In this document: one piece after another, positions 12,332-24,350 of the stretch
Position numbering within the stretch: the first letter of the stretch is position 1
Layout of the letters: the number at the start of each line of letters is the position of its first letter
Assembly: GCF_009834535.1 (NCBI RefSeq)
Contig: NC_045717.1
Coordinates: 25,854,001-25,918,000, forward strand
Source of the DNA: Camelus ferus
Taxonomy: Eukaryota
DNA: 64,000 nucleotides
Direction: 5' to 3'
The notes under the pieces: generated by a model
Database searches by the model: none
What the model was told of the DNA's origin: nothing
The model's input: only the letters and a program-made list of their open reading frames with translations
Translations under genes and position numbers: made by a program

Positions 12332-15300
12332 ATGGCGGTGAGCGTGCAGCGGCGCTGGCGGGGCTGGCGGGGCTGGCGGGGCTGACTCTGGCCGCGCTCC
12401 CGGACTCACGCTCTCTGCTTCCCCCGCAGGACAAAGAAAAGAAGAAGAAGGAGAGCATCTTGGATCTGTCCAAGTACATAGACAAGACGATCCGCGTGAA
12501 ATTCCAGGGAGGCCGCGAAGGTGAGGCCCCGCCGCCCGTCCCCTCCCCGACCGCATCCACGAGGAGTACCCGCGGCAGTACTGATAACGGATGCCTGGGC
12601 CCCGCTTTAAGCGTTTGGCCCTGACAACTTGTGCCGGCCAGTTGACGGCGGCAGGAAGTAGGAACGGTAACGCCCCTTTTGCAGGTGGAGAAGCTGGCCC
12701 AGAAAGGGGACCGACCTAACCTGAGGCCGCAGTGGTTGGGCTTCACGACTCCGCCTCTTGTGGGTCCTCTCACCAGGCGGCTGCTCCAGCGCCTCACTGG
12801 TCCCTCTGCACCAGAGTTTCCCAGGCTCGGCGCTGCTCACATTGGGGCCACATTGCTTTCCTCGTGGGGGCCGTCATGGGCACTGCGGGGTGTAGAGCAG
12901 CATCCCTGGCCCCACCCACCCGATACCAGGAGACCCCCCCCCCAAGTCCTGACAAGCACAGATGTTCCCAGGCGTCGCCCAGAATTGCCCCAGTTGAGAA
13001 CCCTGTCCCTAAAGTCAGTTTCAATGAAGCTGCCAGGTGGACCTGTTAGAAACAAACCGCATCCTGTTCACCGCTGTTTCAGGGTAAAGGATCAACCTCT
13101 TGTACCTGAGTAAAGCAGGGAGCTCTTGACTACCACTGGGCTGTAAAGGTACCTGTTTTTCCTCTGCCTGGAGTGCTCTTACCAGGATTACTGGTTGCCG
13201 GGTTAATTCAGTCATTTTCTCCACCAGCGACTCAGGCTCTTGCTCTAGGAAGCCTTCCCTGACCCCCTACACCAGGTCGGGCCTGTTTATTATAAGCTCC
13301 AGCTAGCACCTGGCACGGCTTGCAGCTTTATGAAGCTTTACGCTCGTTGTGGGGGGGCTTTAACTCTGCATCTCCCGCTGGAATCTGGTGAGGAGACAGC
13401 AGGAAGGAGGTCGCGCTGCAGGCTGGGCAGCCCGTGGCAGAGCCCCAGCTCATCCGCTCATTGGCTGTGGAACTTTGGGCAGGTTGCTGCCCTCTCTGAG
13501 CTTCAGTCTCCTCATTCGTGAAAGGCTGTTAACTCCACGCACCTCAGCAGCAGCAACGAGATTAAAGGGTGAAAGGCGACTGACGTCTGGCTGGGCTCCG
13601 GGCACTTAGGGAGCACCCAGTCTGCACCCTCCTTCTTCAGCTGCCTCTGGTCTTCAGTTTCGTCTTGTAAGACAGGGACCCAGACGCCTCGTCCTCTGAG
13701 ACGTGCATGACTGGGCAGCATCAGGGCGCCTAGAGACACGGCGCCAGCCAGTCAAGGTGCCCGGCGCAGTGAGAGTCTGAGTCCGCACAAACCCTGGCAC
13801 CACGCTGGCTCTGGGAAGTGTGCAGAGACGAGGCTCCTGCTTCTGAGGGCACCTGTGTTTGTCTTCCACACTGCAGAGCGAGTGGCCACCCGTTAGCAGC
13901 TTAAATGACACAGATTCTTATCTGACAGCATGTGGGGCTCTGGGTTCTGGGTGCCTGGGGCCCAGGTCTCTGCCAAGGTTGCAGTAAAGGAGCCCCTCTG
14001 CAAGCCTGTCTCGCGGGCCCACCCACCGGTCGATCCCCACAGTTGTAGGACCAGGATCCCCGTCTTCTGGCTGGAGTTGGCCAGGGACCCTCTGGGCTCC
14101 TGTCCGCAGCGCGGCAGTCTGCTTCTTCAAGACCAGCGGGAAAATCTCGTTTTTCAAATCTTTTGTCAGAAAGAGCCCATTCCTTTAACTTCTCACCTTT
14201 CAGGACAGGACCCCACCACCACCGCGCAGTCTCCCTTTATTTTCACTGAAAGTTGACCAACTCACAGACCTTAGTTACCTCTGTGAAGCCCCCTGTCTCT
14301 GTCATAACCTGACCATGGAGAGACATCCCATCGTGTTCCCAGGTCCCCTCCCACACCAAGGGGATGGGGTTCCCTAGGCTTGTTCGTCAGGTTGGGGGGT
14401 GCTGGCTCTGTCTCTGTCTCAGAATCCCACCCACCTGCCTCAGGGGTCCCATCCCGGTGGGGAAGGCAGACCCTGGGTGCAGGCGCGCTGCTTTGGCTGC
14501 AGCCAGTGCCCGAAAATGTTATCACATTTGTCACTCCAGCACCCCGTTAGGTGCTGTCATGGTATTGGATCCACAGGAGGGGGACGAGCAGGAACAGAGC
14601 TGGGCTCTTGCTCAGGGGGGGCTGGCGCTTTCCCTGTGGAAGACCAGACAGTGAATATTTTCAGCTTTTCAGGGCAGACGGTCTCTGTCACAACTACTCA
14701 ACTCTGCTGTTGCAGCAGGAGAACAGCCACAGGCGACACTTAACAAATGGGCGTGGCCAGGTGCCAGCTAAACTACAAAACGGGCGCAGGCAGATCTTGC
14801 CGACTCTTCTGGTCGGGGTGGTTTGGGGTCAGCTGTCACTGCTCCCGTTCCAGGGGCCCTTCCCTCGCCTTCCCTGTGGTCCCCCGCCTGTCCTGTCCCT
14901 GGAGAGGCTGCTCCCACCTTGTGTCTGGCTGGGGAGCGAGCCCCCTCACCGGGGGGTGCCCCCGTCTTCGTGTGCTGACTCCCCAGTAAAGCTGGCGCCT
15001 GCCCCAGTGTCCGTAGCCTCACGCCTCTCCATTTCTCTTCTGTCCTCGGTGATTCCGACAAGCCAGTGGAATCCTGAAAGGGTTCGACCCGCTCCTCAAC
15101 CTCGTGCTGGACGGCACCATCGAGTACATGAGAGGTGAGTGAGCCGGCAGCCCGGCAGCGTCCTTGCCGGGCCCTCCTTGCTGTGCCAGACCCGCCAGGC
15201 GCCTCGCGGGGGACGACCGCGAATGCGGCGCCCTGCGGGCGAGCCGCCTGCTTGCTCTCTGCAAGCGTCAGGAGGCCGCCGTCTCAGGGCCTCAGAGACG

Positions 15301-16477
15301 GGGCAGCGTTCCACTGGCCTCATCACCCGTCCCGAGCGCGTGCTGGGGCGGTAGTGTGCCCGGTGGGGCTGCACAGCTGCGGGGGCGCTGTGAGACGAGA
15401 CAGCGGGCTGTCCAGGGCTCGGCCAGCCCTCTTGTCCCTTGCCCCTTATTCCCTTCCCTCCAAGTCCCCAGGCCCTCCGCACATGGTCCAGCCGGTCCCG
15501 GCCCGTTAACCAGCAAGTCCTCCAGCTTAGCCTGACCGAGGCATGAAGGGGGCGTGGGCAGGGGTGGGGGTCTTGCCCCCCAGCAGCTGTTGACGTTGAG
15601 TCACAGGCTACCCTGGCTGAGACTTCACCCAGCCGCTCAAAAGCGTCGCAGACCAGTGGGGAGGGGCGCTCTGTGGGAGGAGCGACCCCGTGGGGCCTCT
15701 TGCTTTGCCCTTGTTTTCTGTCTTCCCGCTGGTCTGCCCGGAGGGCCCCCCCCCCCCCCGCTGGGATCCTGGCGGCCTCCCTGGGGGTCGGCTTTCTGGG
15801 TCAGGACAGGCTCACCTCACAGGGCTGCTGGGAGACCAGGTGAGTTGGGGTGTGCCCCTGGGCCACCGCTGCCCTTACTTCTGGAGAGCCTGCTCCCACG
15901 GGGCCCAGGCTCCGGAGCCACACCCCGACTCCGTCTCTGATCGCACTGGGCCTGGGCGTCGCAGTGACAGTAATGGAGACTTAACTGCCGTGACCTCAGA
16001 GGGGCGCTCCCTGGAATGTTGTCACCTCCTCAGGTCACTCCCCCCATGTGAGCAGCGCAGTGACCCTGGGGGTGGGTGGCGGCCCGCATGGCTTCTGGGA
16101 TTTTGCACATGGGTTTTTATTCTGGTTGCACATCCGAGAACATGGTCCCCACCGTCCCCCGGGTCATGTTCCTGTCGTAGAAGGAGGACAGCTCTTCCCG
16201 GTCCTCGTGGTCCGTCAGGGAGAGGCCCTAGGCCTGCCCCACCGGCTGGCACCCCCACCCGACCCCGAGGCATGTTTCCCATCCTCCCAGGTCTCTGAAG
16301 CTGGCGCCACCTCCCTGCCCCTCTTCCCCCGCAGACCCCGATGACCAGTACAAGCTGACAGAGGACACGCGGCAGCTGGGCCTGGTGGTGTGCAGGGGCA
16401 CCTCCGTGGTGCTCATCTGCCCTCAGGACGGCATGGAGGCCATCCCCAACCCCTTCATCCAGCAGCAGGACGCCTAG
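12332..16477 (+). CDS. LSM7: LSM7, U6 snRNA-associated Sm-like protein, 103 aa
   Basis: Exons 12332-12337, 12430-12520, 15063-15134, 16335-16477 total 312 nt. Protein MADKEKKKKESILDLSKYIDKTIRVKFQGGREASGILKGFDPLLNLVLDGTIEYMRDPDDQYKLTEDTRQLGLVVCRGTSVVLICPQDGMEAIPNPFIQQQDA*, with Sm1/Sm2 motifs. Confidence 0.98.
12880..13010 (-). mobile_element. MER20-like DNA transposon fragment
   Basis: Similar to the reverse complement of the copies at 33440 and 63550; family recognised from memory. Confidence 0.5.
13865..14180. mobile_element. MLT-type (ERVL-MaLR/ERVL) LTR remnant
   Basis: GCAGCTTAAATGACACAGATTCTTATCTGACAG resembles the MLT core. Confidence 0.5.
14625..14815. mobile_element. MER58-like hAT DNA transposon fragment
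   Basis: GTCTCTGTCACAACTACTCAACTCTGCTGTTGCAGC...AAATGGGCGTGGC resembles MER58A. Confidence 0.65.
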
Positions 16478-16594
16478 CGCTCGGGGTGGCCGGCACGCTG
16501 CTTCCCCGGACTCTGCAGGGCTGCCCTCCCACCTTACTGGCCACCCGCAGGACCGGAACTTTCCTTTTTGTATAGATTGTGTTTTTGTTTTCTT

Positions 16595-16600
16595 AATAAA
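16595..16600 (+). terminator. LSM7: LSM7 poly(A) signal AATAAA
   Basis: 118 nt after the stop, preceded by a U-rich tract. Confidence 0.85.
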
Positions 16601-18619
16601 ACTGCAAACCTCAAGTGTCCAGGAGCCCTGGAATCTTGCTCTCCACCTTGGTTTTCTGGTAAAACCTGGGTCCCGGGGATTTGGTTTGTCCAGCAGTTCC
16701 TCGAGCACTGGCCTTGGGCCCTGCGGGGCCTGAGGGGCTCAGAGATGACCGAGTGCATGCTGTCCTGACAGAGGGACAGGGCATGGAGGCTGGAGCCTTT
16801 GCAGAACCCCCCAGGCCAGCCTGCGTTGCCAGGAGCGTGGATGGGACACATGCCTTCTCAGTGGCCCCACCCTGCCTCTGCCTTCTCCCTGCAGGGCTGC
16901 TCTGTGCTGGCCTGAGTGGTCCCCAGAGCCAGGTCCTTCTGGCTCACATTCCACATACAGCCATGACCTCACAGAGGACGAACCAGAGGAAGCCTGGCTG
17001 TCCGCCGGGCCCCACGCCTGCCCTCCGCTGCAGCCTGAGGAGCCCCCCGACCCCCCTCTGGGCCGTGCTCACCAACGCCCCCGTCCGCATCCTCAGGAAG
17101 CGGGGCCTTTTCCAGGCCCTGGTTTCCCAGGCCCAGTGTCCCGGTTAGGACCCTGCCCCCACGGGATCCTCCCTGCTGAGAGCAAGTGTCTGGCTCATCA
17201 CTTGGGAGGGCTGAGGGTGAGCAAGAGGGAGGGGCCGGGAGTGAGAGTCATGCTGGGGGGGATCGTAGGCCGGCGGCCCCTCCACTCACAGCTGGGTCAC
17301 CCAGGAAGCTGCCACAGAAGGGGACCAGGCTGCAGGGCCTCTCCCACTACCTGTCAACTGCTGCCACCAAGGAACCTGAAACCAGCTGCCTTATCCCCGG
17401 ATCCGGGCTCGGCTGTGGCCCAGGCAGCGTCGCTGCTGGGGATTAGCTGTGGGGCCGAGTGCCCACCCCCCACGCCCACTTCTCAGCTCCCCCACCCAGG
17501 CCCTGCCATCTGGCAGCTCTGCCTCCACCGGCTCCCTGCCCCCTCATCAGCGGCCTCGGCCCCAGGCCCAAGCCCAGGCAGCTGGGTGGCGGGGGCGGGG
17601 GGGTGGGGGTTGCAGCCCCCGGGAGGCTGTAACCTAGAGTCTGGCACAGCCCACCCGCCAGCATCCAACCTCCATGTCCCGCACTGGGGGAGCGATTCCC
17701 CCAAGCCCGTTCGACAGCTGGGGGCCCAGGACTCCCACAGGGAGGTCACAGGATGTGGGGACAGAGACCTGGAGCCCAGAGTGTCTGTTCTCACCACACA
17801 CCCAGCAGCTTGTCCGAGGCCAAGACACCAGGGCTGAGACTGAGACCTCGGGGCCAGAGGGGCCTGGCCTGGCCCTCGGGTTGGGGCTGGGGGAGCGGTG
17901 AGGCTGGGAGGCTCTTCAGACCTCATCAGGGCCCAGAGGCAGCCCAGGGCCAGGACGGGGGGATGCCTGCCTTGCCAGTCCCAGCTTCTCTCGCACAGGA
18001 AGCAAGGCTCATCCCTGGCGCCTCCCTGCCCCGTGCCCACAGCCCTCACAGCGGCCCCCCAGGCTTCAGACCACTCTCTACCCGCCCCGCACCTCCCAGC
18101 AAAAGTTGCCGTGCGCAGCCACGATCTGGGGCTTCAATCCCCTCCCACCACTGGCTGTGTGGCTTAGAGTAAGTGCCCCAGCCTCTCTGAGGTCTGCTCC
18201 TTCTCTCTTAAGCTCAAGAAAAGACACTGAATGTCTGCTCCCGGCCAAGCAGTCCGCTCCTTGGCCAGGTGCTGGGCCGTAGCAGTGTGGAGAGTCGGGT
18301 AAGAGAAAAAGTCTGTGTTCAAGTCTGAGGATGAGCACAGAGTGCTCTGGGGGCCCGAGAAGGGGAGCCCCTGACCTCCTGGAGGCTCAGGCAACACCCC
18401 CCAGAAAGGGGGATTAAAAAGAGCTTGTTCCACAGAGCTCTTTCCACCCTAGAGAGTGAATCACTTTGCCCTCGTTTGTAAAAGACTGTAAATAACCCAC
18501 ATACCCATCACTTGGGGATCTGCTGTCTAAACCCACGTTCCTCCGGCCAAATCCAAAGCGGCTTCTTAGAGAGGTAGATCTCTCTGGGCAGGGGTCGATC
18601 AAATACAACCACAGATTCC

Positions 18620-19230
18620 CTCCAGTTTCCCTCACGAGAGAGGAATTCTATTTCTGCCCCCACCGGAATCTGGGGACTTGCTTTGATGATAAGAATATGG
18701 TGGTTTGTCACAACATTGTAAACTGACTATACTTCAATAAAAATACATATATACAAAAAAAAAAAAAAAAGAATATGGTGGAAGTTATGTGAGGATTCAG
18801 AGCCCCATTTGCAAAGGAACCTGGTGGCTTCCACCTTTGTCCCCTTGGAACGCTGCCCTGAGGCCGCCGTTGTGGAAAGGTGGACCAGCTTACAGAGGTC
18901 GGTGGAGGTGGTCTGCGGCTCCTGGAGCACAGCCAGCTCCAACTGCCCATGGATTTGTGAGAGTCTCAGCTTCTAGCCCAGGTAACCCTTCAGAGGAGCT
19001 TCGCCAACCCACAGAATTATGAGGAATAACAAAGTGTTTTATGCCACTCAGTTGGGGGATTTTGTTACGCAGCAGCAGGTCACTGAGACTTGCTGACAGA
19101 GGCTGGTGACAACTGCAGAGTGAAAGCAAGTAGCAGACTGGTGTTCCTGGTGCAGCGCCGCGTACTTCAGATGGTCATTCTGAAGAAGATCTTGAGTTTC
19201 TATGCTTTTAAATATATAGAGAAGGAGCAT
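18620..19230. mobile_element. MLT1-type LTR interrupted by a short L1 insertion
   Basis: TTTGTTACGCAGCAG...GACTTGCTGACAGAGGCTGG pattern typical of MLT1. Confidence 0.55.
18704..18768 (+). mobile_element. 65-nt 5'-truncated L1 3' end with poly(A) and a 13-bp TSD
   Basis: CACAACATTGTAAACTGACTATACTTCAATAAAAA...A-tail, flanked by AAGAATATGGTGG at 18691-18703 and 18769-18781. Confidence 0.85.
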
Positions 19231-21299
19231 GTGGACTTGGGCTTGAAGATGGTGATCAGAGGGGAATGATAGTTTATCTTTAACATTTTAATATTTCACA
19301 GGGAGAAATTTAATATTTTATATTTTATATTCAATGTTACATTGAAATTTTAATATTTTACAAGGAGTCGGAGAATGAGATGGCCAGAAGCAGATACAGA
19401 GACGCAGAGAGAGATTTAGGGTGACAAGGACAGGCAGACACAAGGGTGGAGATTAGATCAGGAAGGAGGAAAGAAATCAGGACACAGTGACACTGGATCC
19501 CACCCTGCCCGCCCTCCTGGCCAAGGTATAAATCCCTGGCCCCATCCAGCCCAGCCCGCCAGCCCACCATGCCGCTGGGAGGATGCCTGCTGACCCCTGC
19601 AAGGATCCCACCCTTCCAGCTCCCTGTCCAAGGGCAGCGCGCGCCTCGAAACAGCAGGCGGGGGCTGCGCCCAACAGACTGGGGGCCAGCCTTGCTCCAC
19701 GTGCCCACGGTCACCACGACCCACGGCTTCCAGGTGCTGGCCCAGAGGCCTTGGGTGCTGTCTGAGGAGGCCCCGCTCTGGGACGCATCGCCAGAGGCCC
19801 TCGCAGACAGGGAGAGAGGGTCAGACCCTAGCCTGAGCCCAGACCAGCCGGAGCTCCCCAGGACCCCGCCCCACGGCAGACTGCTGCGTTTCCCCAAGGT
19901 AGGCAGGCTCTGGACGCTGCTGACCGGCAGCCCGCCTGTTCCCCCCAGCTGCCTTGTCCCCCAGACAGCCTTGGTAACAGGATGGGCTGGCACACACCTT
20001 CTGTTTCCCTTGGCCCTCCCCCAAACCCTTTCATTATCCCCATTCATGGATGAGGAGGCTGAGGCTCAGAGAGGTTGAGCAACATGTACTGGGTCACACA
20101 GCCAGGACCCTAACCCAAGGGGTGGGCTGCCTCCAGCACTGTCTGCCCCCCACACCCATCCTGTGCTCTAAAGCCTGTCTCATGGGAGCAGAAACTGAGC
20201 CCCAAAGCTAGCTGGGCGGGGTCACATGCAGGGGTTGGGGCAAACAGAGAGGGGAAGGAGCCATCTACCCACATGGCCCCAGGAGCTGAGAGACAGCAGG
20301 CCCCTGCTCTCTTGGCCAGGTCGGGTCCTGCCACCCACAGCCCCGGGGAGCCTTCACTCCACCTTGGAGGACCAGCCTCCGCAATGCCGCAGAGCCCTGT
20401 GCTCCCCTATGGCGACCGGCACAGGGATGTCCGTCTCCAGATCTCCTGACCAGCGAGGCGGGAGAGGAATCCAGTTCCACTTGGACTCAGATGTGGACGT
20501 GGATGTAAAAGGAAGAGGCTTTTCTCACCGGGGAAACTTCGCAATCAGGGGTGGGGGGGGTGGGGGGGTGGCACCTGGATCCCTGGGGCTGTTGTTTCCA
20601 GCTCAGGCTGGCCCAGGGTGAGAGTAAGGGTGGCCCCGCAGGCCTGGCCCTCCTGCTTCCTGCTTCCTCCCCAGCTCCAAGCCTGCCCCCACTCTGCAGG
20701 AACAGGCCCCCACCCCCGCCTCTCCCATCAGACCTGGAGCATCATGGGGGCGGGCTCTGACACTCGATAAACGTGCTCTGCTGACAGTGCATTCTGGCCT
20801 CCCTGTCTTCCCATGCTTTCCGCCTGTGTTCAGGGCCAAGGTCACCACCTTGAGTCACCCCCACCAGCGCCCACCCTGTCCCCAGCCATGCTGACGGGAG
20901 CCAGCAGAGGTCAGGCCTCATCCAGGAATGAAGAGCCCAGGCAGAAACATTCCTGGCCTGTCCATCAGGAGGTCCGACAGGAGGGGGCGGGGAGGGGGCT
21001 GGCGACCAGGAGCCTGAGATACAGGCGGCATAGCTTGGGCCCCACCCTCATCGCTGAGAAATTCTGAGTTCCCCTCCCCTGCCCCCGTCTCCCCCAAAGC
21101 ACCAGATCCACACCACTGCGTGTCTTAGAGGAACCCCCAAATTAACGTGCCCAAGCTGATGGCCCGCTTCTGCCTGCCACCCCCAAGCCTTCCTCATCCG
21201 GGACTCAGTCCCCACAGCGAGCCCTCTTGCGCAGGTCCGAAGCCCTGAGGTCGCCCTTGAACTCCCTGCATGCACTTGCCAACAGCTCTACTTCAGAAC

Positions 21300-21960
21300 T
21301 TAGCCTGACGCATTTAATAAACAAACTGGCTACTTAACACCAACCCAAACTCAGAAACCAGAGGAGGGAGGAATATGCCCCACCTACTGTGTGAGGGCAG
21401 CATCAGCAAAACATGTCAAAGGTACAGCAGGAAAGGAAAACCACTGGCCCACATCTCTCATGACTGCAGTTGCAAGCATCCCTAACAAAAGCACCAGCAG
21501 ACTGGATCCAGCTGCCTACACCAAGGGCGGTACGCTGTGACTGCCCTGGGGGTCTGTGCCAGGAGCACAAGGTTGACGTCACACTGGAATATCCATCAGT
21601 GTCATTCACCACGTTGACAGAATAAAGGAGAAAAACCACATGGTCATGTCATATTAGCAGCAGAGGCATCTGACAAAATTCAACAACCATTCGGATTAAA
21701 ATCTGGGCAACTAGAAATAGAAGGGTTTCCTCAACCTGATAAAGGCCACCTGTGAAACCCTGACAGCCAACAACACTGTGAACGGTGGCACACTGGGTGC
21801 TTGCCACCTAAGACCAGGAGCAAGGCAAGGATGGCCACGGCAGCCTTGAACTTTGCACTTGAGGGCCTAAACAGTGTAATAAGATAGGAAAACGGAATCA
21901 GTGATAAACGTTGGAGAAGAAGAACTAAAATGGTCTCTATTTGCAAAATCTGAAACTGGT
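21300..21960 (+). mobile_element. Degraded ancient L1 ORF2 fragment
   Basis: Remnants such as GACAAAATTCAACAACCATTC and CCTCAACCTGATAAAGG resemble the L1 RT region; reading frame is broken. Confidence 0.75.
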
Positions 21961-22049
21961 TCCTGCTGCAATAATTACTTACTGAATTACAATTACTTGC
22001 TGAAAATTCTTGCTGTGATTCAGGCCCCAGCAGCCCCTACCTGGATCAC

Positions 22050-22570
22050 AGTGGTACCTGCCTCCTCTCATCTCCCTGCGTCTCTTCAAATTCTCCCACT
22101 TCCAGCAGCAGGTCAGATCGGACCACGTCACACACACATACACACCCTGTACTTAAACTCTCCAGTGTCTTCCCATCATGTCCAGACAAAATCTGAACTC
22201 CTGGGTCCTCCAGGTGCGCAGGATCTCACCTGTCCCTATGTCTGCCCTCGCCTCCCTTCTCTTCTCTGTGGCGTTCACTCCACTTCACAACACAGTGGCC
22301 TCCCTGCCAGCCCTAGAGCGCATTGGGCTTGCTCCTGCCCCAGGGCCTTTGCATGTACTATCTGTGCTCCTGAACAATGTTGCCTCTCACAAGCCTCATC
22401 CCTCGCTTCCTCCAGGCCATCACTCGATCGAAGACTTTCCCTGACCCTCCTTCCCAAACAGCCCCCTTCCTGATTACCACAGCTGCAGTTTTATCCATGG
22501 CAGCGAGTTTGATCCTTAGCCATCATCCGCACTTATCTTACACGGCTGGGTATTTCTGTGTTTTCTGCCT
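22050..22570. mobile_element. LINE-2 fragment
   Basis: CAGGGCCTTTGCATGTACT and other pyrimidine-rich L2-like blocks. Confidence 0.6.
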
Positions 22571-22584
22571 GTCGCCGGACACAA

Positions 22585-23015
22585 GTTCATGTGCCTGATG
22601 CACGGTGAGGCCAAAAAGCACCAAAACATGGGAATTTGGAGCGAGAAAGTTTTACTTCTGGGCAGAGCAAGGAGAAATGGTAATGCACGCTCCTAAAACC
22701 CTGAACCCCCTGAAGGGCTTCTGCTGGGCATTTTTAAAGGCCTGCTGTGGGAGGGGCAGCCAGGGTCAGTGATCTGCTGTGCACACTTCTCTGATTGTTT
22801 GATGGTGCTCAAATCCTTAGCCATCAGGAGGTCTGGGGGCCACGTGCTTATGATCAAGTAGTTAATTTCTTCCATTTGGTGGTGGTTTTTAGCATCTGAA
22901 AAACTGAAGAAATATGCATGAAAGAGTTATCCAGGTAATTCAGAGAGGAGCTGCAGCAGAGAATACTGGGCAGGGGGTCTGTGCCAGGAAGGCCTCATAG
23001 GGTCCTGCTCACTTA
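22585..23015. mobile_element. Solo ERV LTR-like element
   Basis: ~430 bp unit beginning near TG and ending TTACA; composition differs from the flanks. Confidence 0.5.
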
Positions 23016-23201
23016 CACGTCCACCCACCCCCAATCCGTCTAGTTTCCATCAGGTCAGGGGCTGCGACCGTCTCAGCCCTGTAGCCCAGGTGAAATGCCA
23101 GGTACCCCGTGGGTACCAGGCACGGGGGGTGAACTGTGGGAGCTGAATGATCAGCCAAATCCAAAAGGTACTAGTTTCTTCCACAAACACATTGTTAGGA
23201 G

Positions 23202-23205
<4 letters not shown>

Positions 23206-23242
<37 letters not shown>
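23206..23242. repeat. (AG)~18 microsatellite
   Basis: Directly visible perfect dinucleotide run. Confidence 0.95.
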
Positions 23243-23244
<2 letters not shown>

Positions 23245-23650
23245 TTATACGTGAAAAGAGGTATCAGCCAACTGCAATGAATGGCTTTGATCTGGATCCT
23301 GATTTGAACAAAGTGTGGGAAAAAAAAATTTACAAGACAATCAGGGAAATTGTGCCCTGGCTGGACGTTTGAGAATAATCAGGAGTTACTGTCAATTTTT
23401 TTTAAAGAATGATAAAGGAGTTGTGGGTTATTTAAGATCTTGTGTTTTAGAGATACAAATATTTACGCCTGGATTTATGGATACAGTGTCAGAGATGTGC
23501 TGGTGACATAGTCTGTTTGGGGGGTGGGGAGGGTCCTGATGACACCAGAAGGACCACACGTTAGTGACAGGTCCCTGGGGTTGTGTTCCTTGCAGGATTC
23601 TCTCAGCTTTTGCTTGTGTTTGAAAATGTCCATAATCAAAAGCTAACATA
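23245..23650 (+). mobile_element. L1M 3' fragment
   Basis: CTGGATCCTGATTTGAACAAA...GACAATCAGGGAAAT...GAGATACAAATATTTAC. Confidence 0.6.
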
Positions 23651-23909
23651 AGTACAGGGTTCCCTTGGGATCTGCTGGGGTCTATTCATTTCTACGTGTA
23701 TCAGAGGAGAGATTTTTTTTTTTAATGTTTTTTTAAACTCTGAACCCAGAACTTGCTTGGGGGGACAGGGCCACACAAACCCAATCCTCATGCTCCCTCT
23801 CTAGAACACTCTATGGCTCCCAGCTTCCCTTCAGATAAAGTCAGAGTGCCTTTTCCATCTTCACTTCTTGCTCCATGCTCGAGGCTCTGCAAGCATACTC
23901 TCTCCTTGT

Positions 23910-24350
23910 GACTTTGTTAAATCAGTGGTGGTTCGGTGGAAACCTGGGGGTGCAGGGTTTGAGGGTCAGCCTCAGTTCAACCAAAGATTACGAGGGAATT
24001 GAAACAGAGAAGTCTGTTACTCACAGTCTCTAGGGGAGGATCACGGCATGCGTTGGGGGGGCCACACGGGGACATCAAGGCAGGGGCAGGCAGAGACTGC
24101 TCATGGGACTTGGGGCTGGTGCCTTTGTTAGGGCCTGAGGGCGGAGTGCTGTGGGGTCCCTAGGCTACAGCTAGATCGGTCAATTCCATAATACAAAGAG
24201 CGGGGTTTTTTGTGAGCTCCACAGGGCGCACACGGGGAGGCAGGGGTGCGTGGCGGTGCCTGTTTATCACAATCATATCAGAGACCTACAGTAACCTGGG
24301 ACCGGGGGGCTGTCATCTAGGGCCACCTTGCACAATGGGCTAATGGCAGT
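23910..24350. mobile_element. Second LTR-like element
   Basis: GAAGTCTGTTACTCACAG...GCCTTTGTTAGGG pattern typical of ERV LTRs. Confidence 0.45.

Noticed and set aside
21901-22473. 190-aa ORF at the L1/L2 junction
   Set aside because: Chance ORF across decayed repeats with no intact RT or EN domain.
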